DNA of 63,764 nt, counting the filler, from Neolecta irregularis DAH-3 (taxonomy: Eukaryota): the NCBI GenBank assembly GCA_001929475.1. It is 6 parts of 6 records of this genome, joined end to end, with 100 filler letters (N's around TTAATTAATTAA, not from the genome) between each part and the next. Parts side by side here need not be neighbours in the genome. Positions count along the whole stretch, not along the records: positions 7,960 to 17,788 come from LXFE01002993.1; positions 17,889 to 43,956 come from LXFE01000288.1; 4 more parts are not named here. One strand, given 5' to 3'. Shown here one piece after another: positions 11,754-21,313 of the stretch; positions within the stretch are counted from its first letter, which is position 1; each line of letters opens with the position of its first letter. A model generated the notes under the pieces. That model saw nothing but the letters and a program-made list of their open reading frames with translations. It was not told the DNA's origin and searched no databases. The translations under genes were made by a program, and so were the position numbers.

Positions 11754-13908
11754 TTACTCGGGACTTGGCAAGCCAATCACAGATGCTCGCTCGACTTTGC
11801 GATGTTGACATGAAACCGAATAGCCCGATTCATGCGGAGGCGTAGGCCAGATATTCTTCGCGAGCGGCTCTTCAGAGGTGGTTTGCAGAGATTTTCGATA
11901 AATGCTACTTCGAGAAGCCTCTACACGGCCGTCATCATATCGCGAGCGACGGTTTTCACTACAATAGCTTCTTCGACCAACTGCATGCTCTTCCGACTCA
12001 AGTCGACGCATTGCTCGCGCAGCGTTTAATAATGCGTCTTCAAGTAGTTCATCCTCTTCATCAGGAATCTCATATTTACGAGAAATTCGTTGGCGGCCAC
12101 GTACTGAGGGTGTCGAGTAGTCAGTTCCTTTGGTATTTTCCGTGCCGCTACGATCGGATGAAGTCATGTCGTCAAATGCAGAATTACTGCCTCGGCTGTC
12201 TCCCTCCTCCAATCTGTCATCGATCTGATCAATCGAGTGCCCGGTTCTTAACCGCCGGGCTTTTTTCCTTAGATGAGAAAAAAATCCAGCATGGGTCGAT
12301 TCAGTTGGCGTGTTTCTATTGCTTCCATCGCTTAATTGTCTCGCGACTTTTCTCGTTCCTTTTGAATCAATATCCAATATGGATTTCGCTTTGGTAACAT
12401 GGTTGTATAGCGTTGGATCCCGACTAGTTCCGCTAGAAGGATTCACCTCAGCATTGACACTGTCTGCTAGTGGCGATATTGGTTTTATACTTGGTAGGAT
12501 CGATTGCGGGATGACTGGGGCGTTTGCTCCTGAATGCCAGCTTTGTCGATTCTCCAGGGTGTGCTCTCTGGCGTTTCCGTTCCGTGTTCGGAACCAACCT
12601 TTACCCGAATCACCGCTTTTACTTTGTCTACGATTTTGTTTTTGAAACGGGTCCAGGCTCGCACGGCGCGAGAAGAGGGGACTAGGGCTTCGCTTGACGC
12701 TGTTGGCTGGACTTGGCAATCTACCGAGGTCACGAAAATAGTCATGCTCTAGGCACTGCGTGGTGGTTGGGCGAGCGCGAGGATCCCACATCAAACACAA
12801 ACCGATGAGTGCTGCTAAGCTTGACGGCCATGGCGAAGGCAGGACCGTATCTATCTGTTGAGGGGAGATCTGCATTTCAGCGAAATAATCCCCAGCACCA
12901 CTTACAACAGGAAACCTGAATCCAAGAGATGCAGCAAGCCTGGCTCCTTCCCTCCACTTTCCACCTCCGAATTTTCGACCGTCACGACCAAACCATTGCC
13001 CAGGCGTTCCCATCATCTCACAAACTCGCCAGATTTGGTCAACCTCATTCTGACCTGGGAAAAGCGGGCGAAGTGTACATAGCTCAACAGCCATAGCGCC
13101 CATTGCCCAGATGTCTACGGGGGCAGAGTACTCAGTTGCACGCAACAGAACTTCTGGAGCTCTGTACCATCGTGTGCTCACATAAGTCGTGTAAGGAGGT
13201 CGTGACTTTAGTTCTCGAGCCAGTCCAAAGTCTGCAAGCTTGATGATAAAGTTCCTTGTTTTGGGATTCGAGAAACGGGCGGCGGCAGTTGGTGGTGGAA
13301 ATGACATACTACCAGGTGGTATAGTAGATACGAGGATGTTTTCCGGTTTGATGTCTCTATGGAAGTAATTGTTGAGATGAATATGCTCGAGACCGGAAAG
13401 TATTTGATGCCTAACAGTCAGTCGCAAAGATTGAGCAGGCATACAAGATATTTTGGACAATGAACTGATCAAAAGGTTTGCTTTCCCGAGACTTCATTAG
13501 CTGATACAAATTTCCTTCTAGATTTTCCATAACGAGATGTAACTTTCTTTCTCTCGGGTCGAGAAACGTTTCCATGAGTGGTACGATGTTTTCGTGTTGG
13601 GGTAGATTACGCAGGAACTGGGTTTGTTAACAAAAATAGTACGTAGGCGTCTCGGAACCTGAACTTCCCGCAATCTTAAGCAGTCCGAGAAGTTGTCAAA
13701 CGGCTTCTTCATCGTTTTGATAGCAACCTAGAGTTTGATGGGAATCGGGCTCTAAGGGAAACAGGCATACCAGTTCTCTGCCTCCCCTGACTCTGGCAAT
13801 CGAAACACTACCAAACGACCCATCTCCGATCTCGCTGAGGACGTGGTACTTTTGTTCCAGGCTTCCAATCGTGTCTTCTGTGGGGGTAAGCGGGCTGGTG
13901 GAAGTCAT
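11754..13908 (-). CDS. IME2: Ime2/MAK/Pit1-Mde3 family Ser/Thr kinase (multi-exon)
   Basis: IGDGSFGSV, FHRDIKPENIL, LADFGLARE, TxY loop PPYTTYVSTRWYRAPEVLL and a long disordered C-tail. Confidence 0.88.
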
Positions 13909-14294
13909 TGTTGGTGGTCAGGGAGTTCCTTCACGTTATCCAGACGGAACCGACCAGGTGTGAGAGTTGGGATGAGTGTTTGGCTGATCGTCGTAGGGGG
14001 TATCTGGGTTCCAAAGACGTTTCTTTGCACAAACGACGCTGCAGCACAGCGGCTGGAAGCAGGCAAAAGGCAAGGAACAGTATTGGAAGGGGGAAAGGTT
14101 ATCGCACAAAGGACGGGCAGGTAGACCGCCGAACACAGACTTTAACAACCGGGGTTTGCTGGCCAGTCCTTGTTGGGCTAGCCTGAACTCCCGTTGTATG
14201 CGTAGTTGCGCATTGTATTGCACATCCACCACACTTGGACTATATGCCTATTCCTGTATCCGAGTAGACTGCTGTAGTCCAGCGGGAGTATTCC

Positions 14295-15046
14295 ATGAAA
14301 CACTCCACTTCCATCAGCACAGGCGCTGCCACCCATGCCAACAGCAGCACCAGGGCCCCTACACGTATCATCACCTTCCGTGCTCTCTGACCAAAGATCT
14401 GCCCTGCAAATTCTGCAGTCGCAGGCTGCCGGCCGACCAGTTCTCCCAAAACCAGCTACTTAAATACGAAAACGCCAAAAGTTCCTTGACTTGCTTGGGC
14501 TAGCTTACGCACAGTATATGGACCTGCAAAGAGACCTGGTAGAGAAATGGCATTGAGGTTAGTATGTTCCTTCTTTCTAGACTGGAAAACTTCTTGATTC
14601 GACCCATTTTTGAGATACAACTGAGGCTGCAGATGTAAAGGATGTACTCCAAAAACAAATACGCATTTAACTTGCTCTCGATGTCACAAACATCTTCCGC
14701 TTGATCGATTCGCAAAAGCCCAGCGACGAAACGCCGATCACGCGGCATAACCCTCAAATTGTCAGATTTCTGACTTCGCAGCGATGTCATCGATGTGTCG
14801 CACAAGCAAATGATGAATCTGGGTCAGAAGACTTCAGCCAGGAGAACGATTCGGATGTGCTCATCGATGACATGAGAGTTACCCTCAATAAACTCTCAAT
14901 CAGCTCCAACGAGACAGGAGACGAAACTGCTAAGAATAGCACATCCAAGTCAGATGTCAAAAATGATCCCAAAAAAGTTAAGGAGGAAGAGGCACCAATA
15001 TATTACCAAATTGTTGCTTACTTACTAGTGGGACGACTTCTTGTGA
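14295..15046 (+). CDS. stc1: Stc1-domain tandem zinc-finger protein (links RNAi to heterochromatin)
   Basis: Spliced reading gives CKFC...FSQNQL...CKGCTPKTNTHLTCSRCHKHLPLDRFAKAQRRNADHA|RCHRCV plus an acidic tail, matching the S. pombe Stc1 architecture. The 3' end is 15046 if a last GC-AG intron is used, otherwise 15099. Confidence 0.8.
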
Positions 15047-15176
15047 ATTCACGATGGTTGTGTCCAGCTTGCCTTGGTGAAAATCTTGTGAAGACATAAT
15101 TAAGGTAAGCGGATGCTTCAGGCTTATCCGCGACCAAAGTATACATATAATTAATCAAAGTGAGTCCTCAACCTGC

Positions 15177-15590
15177 TCAAAGATTCACAAGCTTGTCTAC
15201 TGCTAAGCCACAAATCATGGAGAGCCCTTCATTGTTAATCCAGTACCTGGTTTTTGCCTGGTATCTCTGATAGTGTTGAGATTTATACTCATCCTTACCA
15301 ATCTCCTGCTTATTAGGAATGGGATCCTGTGGGAATTGTAAATAGTGCTGGTACTGATTGTATTTTAGTTCATCAAAAAGGATTGGGTTCATTGAATTGG
15401 CCACATAGTTCTCAAGGTACTGCTCAAATGCTTTAATAGTCTTGTTTGTGAATAGTGTTGCTGGTTCTCTTAGAGGTGGATCACAGATAACAGGCATCTC
15501 CGTGGGTATATTCAAAGCGGTGGAGTGGTAGTGGTGGCGCTGGTTATTTCCCTTTACGTTTCGCGCGATTTGACATTTCGCGCGGAACAT
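15177..15590 (-). pseudogene. Probable transposon-derived ORF fragment (resembles the N-terminal region of fungal integrase-like proteins)
   Basis: Intronless truncated ORF (FEQYLENY...KYNQYQHYL...RYQAKTRYW) in a repeat-rich interval. No catalytic domain is visible. Confidence 0.3.
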
Positions 15591-15616
15591 GTGTCATTGA
15601 TATATCCCCAACACTG

Positions 15617-16014
15617 GGAATCAGGGAGGAGTGATAGTGACGTTGAGAAACTGATCCCACAGTCACAATCCCGTCTCCTTCCTGGGTTGCTATTATAACA
15701 TAGCGTGGTGCCGGGATGTGTTCCCAAACAGTGAGAGGGAGTGTGGAGTCTAGTGGGCAGGCAGAGAGGGAGGTTGCAGCAGCAGTGGATACAATTGCAA
15801 CCATGAGCGCTCTTCTGGCCGCTGCAGCGGAGATAACGGGTGAGGAGTGTGGGGCAGGGTTAGGAGGGCGGGTGATAATGGGCGAGAGGGTATGTCTTCA
15901 TGTGTATCTGACAGAGAACTATTGAATGTGGACATGGTGTGTGTGGTTTGTTGTTTGCTTGGAATTGGGGAAGAATACTATTTTCTCAACGTCACTATCA
16001 CTCCTTCTGATTCC
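15617..16014. repeat. ~34-bp inverted repeat pair enclosing ~330 bp
   Basis: GGAATCAGGGAGGAGTGATAGTGACGTTGAGAAA (15617-15650) versus the reverse complement of 15982-16014, GGAATCAGAAGGAGTGATAGTGACGTTGAGAAA. Confidence 0.85.
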
Positions 16015-16211
16015 TCACCTGCTTCTGGCTCCACGAAGTTTTCACTGGCTGCTTGCCCTTGTCTTCTTCGGGGCTGAAACTTTCCGCCAAACCAGGACAT
16101 TCCCTCAATGAATGAAGGTATAAAATCCAACATGTCGAAGACCATTCTTCAGCATCTCTCTGAAGTCTGGCGATGTTTCAAAGCCAATGTTCCCTGGCAT
16201 GTTCCTGGTCT

Positions 16212-16356
16212 TCCAAATTCGAATAAGACCAGGTTTATTATACTAGCCTAAGTGACTGAACTTAGCTAGGTAATGAACGCCTTATAATACAAATTAAAAT
16301 ACCGCAATATTATTGCAAGCCTAATGGTAAGCTCTTCCGGAAGGTATATGCTTACA
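16212..16356 (+). mobile_element. Degenerate copy of hairpin-containing short solo-LTR family A
   Basis: Shares AATAAGACCAGG, the CTAGCCTAAG...CTTAG(G)CTAGGTA hairpin, CCGCAATATT and a ...CTTACA end with the copies at 24483, 24871, 52472 and 63522. Confidence 0.7.
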
Positions 16357-16801
16357 AACGGGATCCTCAACGGGGTGGCCATTCTGCAGGCATGCCGAGC
16401 AGGAGCAGCTGAGAGTGCTCCTACGGGCGGGGAGCGCGGGTGGTAATCGATAACCCCATATTTGCGAGCTCTTGGAAGCCTGTCATCACGACATTATCCA
16501 ATGTATTTACCTCTGCTACCGATGATGCCATTTTTCATCGAGTTAATCGTCGAGGGAGTGGAATGACAGCAGAAGCTGGCGATCCCAGTTGTAAGCGGGT
16601 GTCTGGAGGGGTTAGCTGGCCGCCATGGCTGCCATGGAGTAGATGTTATTTGTATGGAAGGCAGGAAATAGTCAATACTCAAAATTGACAATAATTGAAT
16701 TACAATATTATTGTTGAGTTACATCCTTTACATGTGGCATTAGCTTTGCGTAATGACCCCAATATCTGAAAGAGTCGTGCTGAATCTTGGCTCCTAAAAC
16801 A

Positions 16802-17218
16802 TCAGATGACTTTTAAATCCCAACTAACCCTAATCTTCCTGATCCTGTAGTACGCGGTCGCATAGAAAGCCCGGTGTTCATCTTCATCTTCGTCTTCATG
16901 TTCCATTGGCGTAAGGTTCACAACCGATCTTTCATTAAATAGATAGCATTGCTCGTCTATTTCAAGATCATCTTCACCATAATGATGTTCAACGAGAAGG
17001 AAAGAACCACACGAAAGGTCCTTGAAGCAGTGCTCAGCACACCCTGCAGCCAATTGGCTCTTCGTGTCAATGCTATTGAGAGGGATAATTTGAGACGAAG
17101 GCAAGAGTTGGGGATCTATTTCGAAGCGCCTGATATTCGTATCAAAAAATTTGTCAAGATACAACGTTGCAAAGGAAAGCTTTCCACACAAGGCGATGAA
17201 CAATAAGATCGACAACGT
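16802..17218 (-). CDS. Small secreted Cys protein with a PAN/apple-like motif; no in-frame ATG (possible pseudogene)
   Basis: Hydrophobic signal-like N-terminus and CAEHCFKDLSCGSF...QCYLF. The frame opens at GCC-ACG-TTG, with a stop upstream. Confidence 0.5.
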   Translation of the reverse strand, partial: TLSILLFIALCGKLSFATLYLDKFFDTNIRRFEIDPQLLPSSQIIPLNSIDTKSQLAAGCAEHCFKDLSCGSFLLVEHHYGEDDLEIDEQCYLFNERSVVNLTPMEHEDEDEDEHRAFYATAYYRIRKIRVSWDLKVI

Positions 17219-17531
17219 GGCTCGCGATAAATTGAAACTAGCCTCCCTGGAACAGGAAGTAATTTAGTAGACAACAAACGGAATTGGAAGAGGTAGGGGT
17301 GGGGAAACTCTGGAAGTGGCAGATTACCCAGCAGCATGCTAGCCTTCTCGGAATAGGTAATTTGGGAGAGGAGAATCGGAAAAGGAAGGTGGTACGCCTG
17401 TATCTTCTGGGCCAGCCAGATCAGGGAGGTTGATGGCGATTAGTGAAGTTGGGGAGGAGGGAGACTGGTTGGGCCGATTTGAAGAGAATCCTCTGATCTT
17501 GGTGACCGTGCCACATGTGGATAATCTATAA

Positions 17532-17648
17532 GCCTTGCCCAGAAAAAAGCCCATCCTGGCCCATGGGCTAGTCCAGAAAAAAGCCCATCGGCTGGGTCAA
17601 ACCCTCAAAAAAGCCCATGGGTTGGGCTTTGGCCCATCCCCGACACTA
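17532..17648 (-). mobile_element. hAT-like DNA transposon/MITE terminus with subterminal repeats
   Basis: Repeated AAAAAAGCCCAT/GCCCAT motifs ending in CCCGACACTA (TAGTGTCGGG on the minus strand). Confidence 0.55.
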
Positions 17649-17740
17649 CCTGTGTTTCACTTTCAGACTATACAATAATACTTATATGAGACATATATGT
17701 CTTAGACAATATAATAAGTCTGAGACAATATAGTAAGTCC

Positions 17741-17775
17741 CAGTGTTCCTAATCGACTAGACCGACCAAGTCACA
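17741..17775 (+). mobile_element. Terminus of a second DNA element (CAGTGTTCCTAA...), related copy at 63700
   Basis: CAGTGTTCCTAATCGACTAGACC versus CAGCGTTCCTAACCGACTGGACC at 63700. Confidence 0.5.
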
Positions 17776-17888
17776 TGGTGCTATTGCANNNNNNNNNNNN
17801 NNNNNNNNNNNNNNNNNNNNNNNNNNNNNNNNTTAATTAATTAANNNNNNNNNNNNNNNNNNNNNNNNNNNNNNNNNNNNNNNNNNNN

Positions 17889-18155
17889 CACCGCCGCCAC
17901 GCTCGCATGGTCCGTCTGCAGCAGCGGCCCCGCGAGCCGCCGCAGAAAGCCGCCGCGGCACCGCCCCGCCCCTGCCGTCAGCACAGCCACACACCCCCCC
18001 GCCTACCCGCGCCCGAAAACTCCACCTGCGCCACCCGCACAGGCACCGCCGCCGTCTGCAAGAGCTACCAGTCAGCCGGGCCGCGTGCCGCCTACAATAT
18101 CGCTCAGGTCGCTCGGCGCGTCGCGAGGCGCGTCGCTCGCATCAGTCGAAGCCAT
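17889..18155 (-). CDS. SAM50: 5' part of Sam50 (mitochondrial SAM complex), truncated by a gap
   Basis: Spliced: MASTDASDAPRDAPSDLSDI|LLQTAAVPVRVAQVEFSG|AGRCRGGFLRRLAGPLL. This resembles the Sam50 POTRA start (PVxVxxVxxxGAxxTRxxFLxxxxxPLL). Two short introns with CTGAC branch sites. Confidence 0.6.
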
Positions 18156-18196
18156 GTGTGGGTAGTCTGTAATTCATGCCTTGCAGTCCGATCCCG

Positions 18197-18408
18197 CACG
18201 TGACTCGATATTGACACTAATATCAATATACTCGCTCCCACGTGACTCGATATAATATCAATATACTCGCTCCCACGTGACTCGATATAATATCAATATA
18301 CTCGCTCCCACGTGACCTGATATAATATCAATATACTCGCTCCCACGTGACCTGATATAATATCAATATTACTCGCTCCCACGTGACTCGATATAATATC
18401 AATATTAC
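18197..18408. repeat. 35-bp minisatellite, 6 copies, each with CACGTGAC, filling the SAM50/TAH18 divergent promoter
   Basis: Unit CACGTGACTCGATATAATATCAATATACTCGCTCC with minor variants; ends about 12 bp before the TAH18 ATG. Confidence 0.95.
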
Positions 18409-18420
18409 CCTCATATTACC

Positions 18421-20321
18421 ATGACCCGCTCCCTTTTGATCTTGTACGGTTCAGAGACCGGCAATGCCCAGGACTGCGCAGAGACCGTCTTCAGAATCGC
18501 CCGCAGACTTGGATGCGACGCGAGACTGTCCGCCATGGACCGCTATCCCTTTGTACCACGTCTGTCGCCTCCATTGACCCCAGATCCGCATCGTCGACGA
18601 GAACCTAGTCGTGTTTGTAGCCTCCACCACCGGCCAGGGCGCAGTGCCCGCCAACATGAAGGCACCATGCTCGTCGACCATCCTGATCCTAGAAATTCTG
18701 GTCCTTGTTGCTCCGCAGCAACCTCCCCGCCGACCTGCTGCATGCCTTGAAATTCGCCATCTTTGGCCTCGGCGACTCCAATTATACAAAGTACGCACTG
18801 CCGTTCCATCTTACATCTAGTTTTAATTCTGCCGCACGGAAGCTGGAACAGCGATTGTCCCAATTGGGTGCCCAAAGCATCCTCCCTCGTGGAGAAGGAG
18901 ACGATCAGCATCCACACGGGTTGGCTGTTTTTGATCATTCTGACTCTAGAGTTGATGGTGGTTTTGTTCCCTGGTTGGATAAATTAAAGGCTTTTATCCA
19001 TCCCGACACCCCCATACCCGACGCCCTACCACCCGACGCCATACTCCCTCCTATTCATTCCATTTCTGTTCATTCTGATTCCATCATGGGATTGCATTCT
19101 GATTCCATCATGGGATTGCAATCTGATTCCATCATGGGATTGCATTCTGATTCCATCATGGGATTGCATTCACTCGATTCACATTCAATGGAGGGATCGA
19201 TTCCAGTAGTGGTTGTACAAAATATGCGAATCACCGCAAAAGACCATTGGCAAGATGTTCGTCACATCATTTTCAAATCTCATCCGCTCGACTTTGACCC
19301 TGGAGACGTCGCCGTGATTTACCCGCTAAATCCACCCCCAGACGTCTCGCTCTTTTGTCAACTGCAACGCTACAATGCGACAACAATGGTTTCAGTCTCG
19401 TCCTACCCCCATCCAATACCCCTGCACCACTTGATCGCCTGCCATCTCGATATTCACAGCATCCCGCGTCGCTCCTTCTTCAATCTAGCCTCCTATTTCA
19501 CTACAAATCCAACCCACCAGCAAAAACTCGTCCAACTATCCTCCCCTGAAAATTCAGACGACCTCTACGACTATACCTCTCGCCCCCGAAGAACCATTCT
19601 CGAAGTCCTTGCAGACTTTCCCGATATTCGTATTCCCCTGGAATATCTGCTAGACGTGATCCCCCCCCTCCACCCGCGCCACTTTTCAATCGCAAATTCC
19701 ACAGAAAAAACAGAAATTCATCTGGCTGCTGCCATCGTTCGCTACAAAACTATCTTGTGGAAGGAGCGATGGGGCGTGTGTTCGCGATACCTCGACTCGC
19801 TGATAATAGGTACCTGCCACACAACCAGACTGACTCTAGGTACCACAATATCCATCGACATCGAGAAATCTTGGGTTAAATTACCGGATTCAAAGACTCC
19901 AATGGTTCTCATCGGTCCCGGAACAGGCATCGCTCCAATGCGCTCACTAATTCAATCTCGATCGCAAAATCCAGCAGCAGAAACTATCCTCTTCTTCGGC
20001 TGCCGTAACAAGGAAAAAGACTTTTTGTTTCGCGACGAATGGAAGTACCACAACGTTGTCCTATTTCCTGCATTCTCCAGAGACCAAAAGAATAAAGAAT
20101 ACGTGCAACACGTAATTACTCGACAACACCAATTAATTCGAGATATCGTTCGGCGTGGCGCATGGGTGTTTATTTCAGGGTATCCCTTCTTACACATGTA
20201 TCTTATCGATAGGAGTTCGGGGAAAATGCCACAGGCCGTTCAAGCTTGTCTGTTGGATATTCTAGGGCCTGCTGATTATTCTACTTTGGCAAAGCAGAGA
20301 TTGGTGATGGAGACATGGTGA
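18421..20321 (+). CDS. TAH18: NADPH-dependent diflavin oxidoreductase Tah18/NDOR1 (multi-exon)
   Basis: ILYGSETGNAQD, STTGQG, FGLGDS, HWQDVRH, RHFSIA, IGPGTGIAPMRS, FFGCR, AFSRD and C-terminal ETW*. Confidence 0.95.
19071..19170 (+). repeat. 24-bp in-frame tandem repeat (HSDSIMGL x4) in the Tah18 FMN-FAD linker
   Basis: CATTCTGATTCCATCATGGGATTG repeated four times. Confidence 0.95.
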
Positions 20322-20329
20322 TCTTCCGT

Positions 20330-20525
20330 TTGGACATGCCAACGTAGATACTATAACTACGTATATTGAATATTAGGTGAAAGCCTAGCCAGCTACTGGG
20401 CGCTAATATACAGATTTGCCAATGTGCTGCTACCATCCTGCCTACCCCCTTCTTGTTGGTGGCGATGCTTGTGACTGGCCCGACTGGGGTGCTCCCTGTG
20501 CTCCTTTCGATGATTGGGCTTGGGA
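20330..20525 (+). repeat. Dispersed repeat family B (LTR-like), copy 1
   Basis: Shares TATATTGAATATTAGGTGAAAGCCTAGCCAGCTACTGGGC, GGCCCGACTGGG and GATGATTGGGC with 24164-24468. Confidence 0.85.
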
Positions 20526-20732
20526 TTGCGAAAGACTTCTCAGGAGACTTGGTTGATCCAATCAAAGACAACTACATATTAAGCCTAGGCTCCAAATATC
20601 GCCTCCTTCTATATGGGTCGCAAAAGAATACTGTAGAACAAAGGCACGTGGAGATGTTATCATTACGCTATGAGCTATAAGGATTACGCGTCTGCCTTGA
20701 AAAGTCTAACCACTGCCTACAACACAATCAAC

Positions 20733-20946
20733 ATGATTTCACTATTATACTTTATAGCACATCCAATTGCTTCCCTGCTTGGTTTCAAAATTACTGGAGT
20801 CGCAGCAGGTCCAGGATATCAATTTTTAATATTCTAATCAAGTAGGCTCTGTGGCGGCAACTATCCAATCCATTTGTTATGGAGGATTCGTCCCTGCTGG
20901 ATCTTTTTTCGCCATATTGCAGAGTTTTGGAGCACTGTTGGTTTAG
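20733..20946 (+). CDS. 58-aa IFI6/IFI27 (ISG12)-like hydrophobic protein, two exons
   Basis: MISLLYFIAHPIASLLGFKITGVAAG|SVAATIQSICYGGFVPAGSFFAILQSFGALLV*. GT-AG intron 20809-20845 with a CTAAT branch site. Matches the GFxxxGVAAGSxAA...GGxVxAGSxxAxLQSxGA pattern. Confidence 0.82.
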
Positions 20947-21313
20947 AGTTACAAACAGAAATGTACTGAGATTGATGACTAATCGTGTCTTGTGCTTACT
21001 CCCGAATGGAAAGCATCCACACTATCTGCCATCTTCAAACTTTATTATTCACTCACTACGATAAATCCCCATATCTAGTCATTCTAGTATACTCTTGCTT
21101 AATACAAACCTTCCACTCTTTTCACTTGTGGTAGATTATCAGCCAGGAAACGCTGCATCATATTCATCCTCGTGATGGATAAGGTTCCTTCGACGATTAC
21201 ATGCGTCTTGCACTGATATTCAGTGCCGGCCCAAGCAAACTTTTCGAGAACGGGCCCGACTGCATAATAGATTTACTCCAAATAAAACACAAAATTAAAT
21301 CAACGTATCCTTA

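Noticed and set aside
18197-18408. CRISPR-like array
   Set aside because: Units are contiguous with no unique spacers, there are no cas genes, and the context is eukaryotic.
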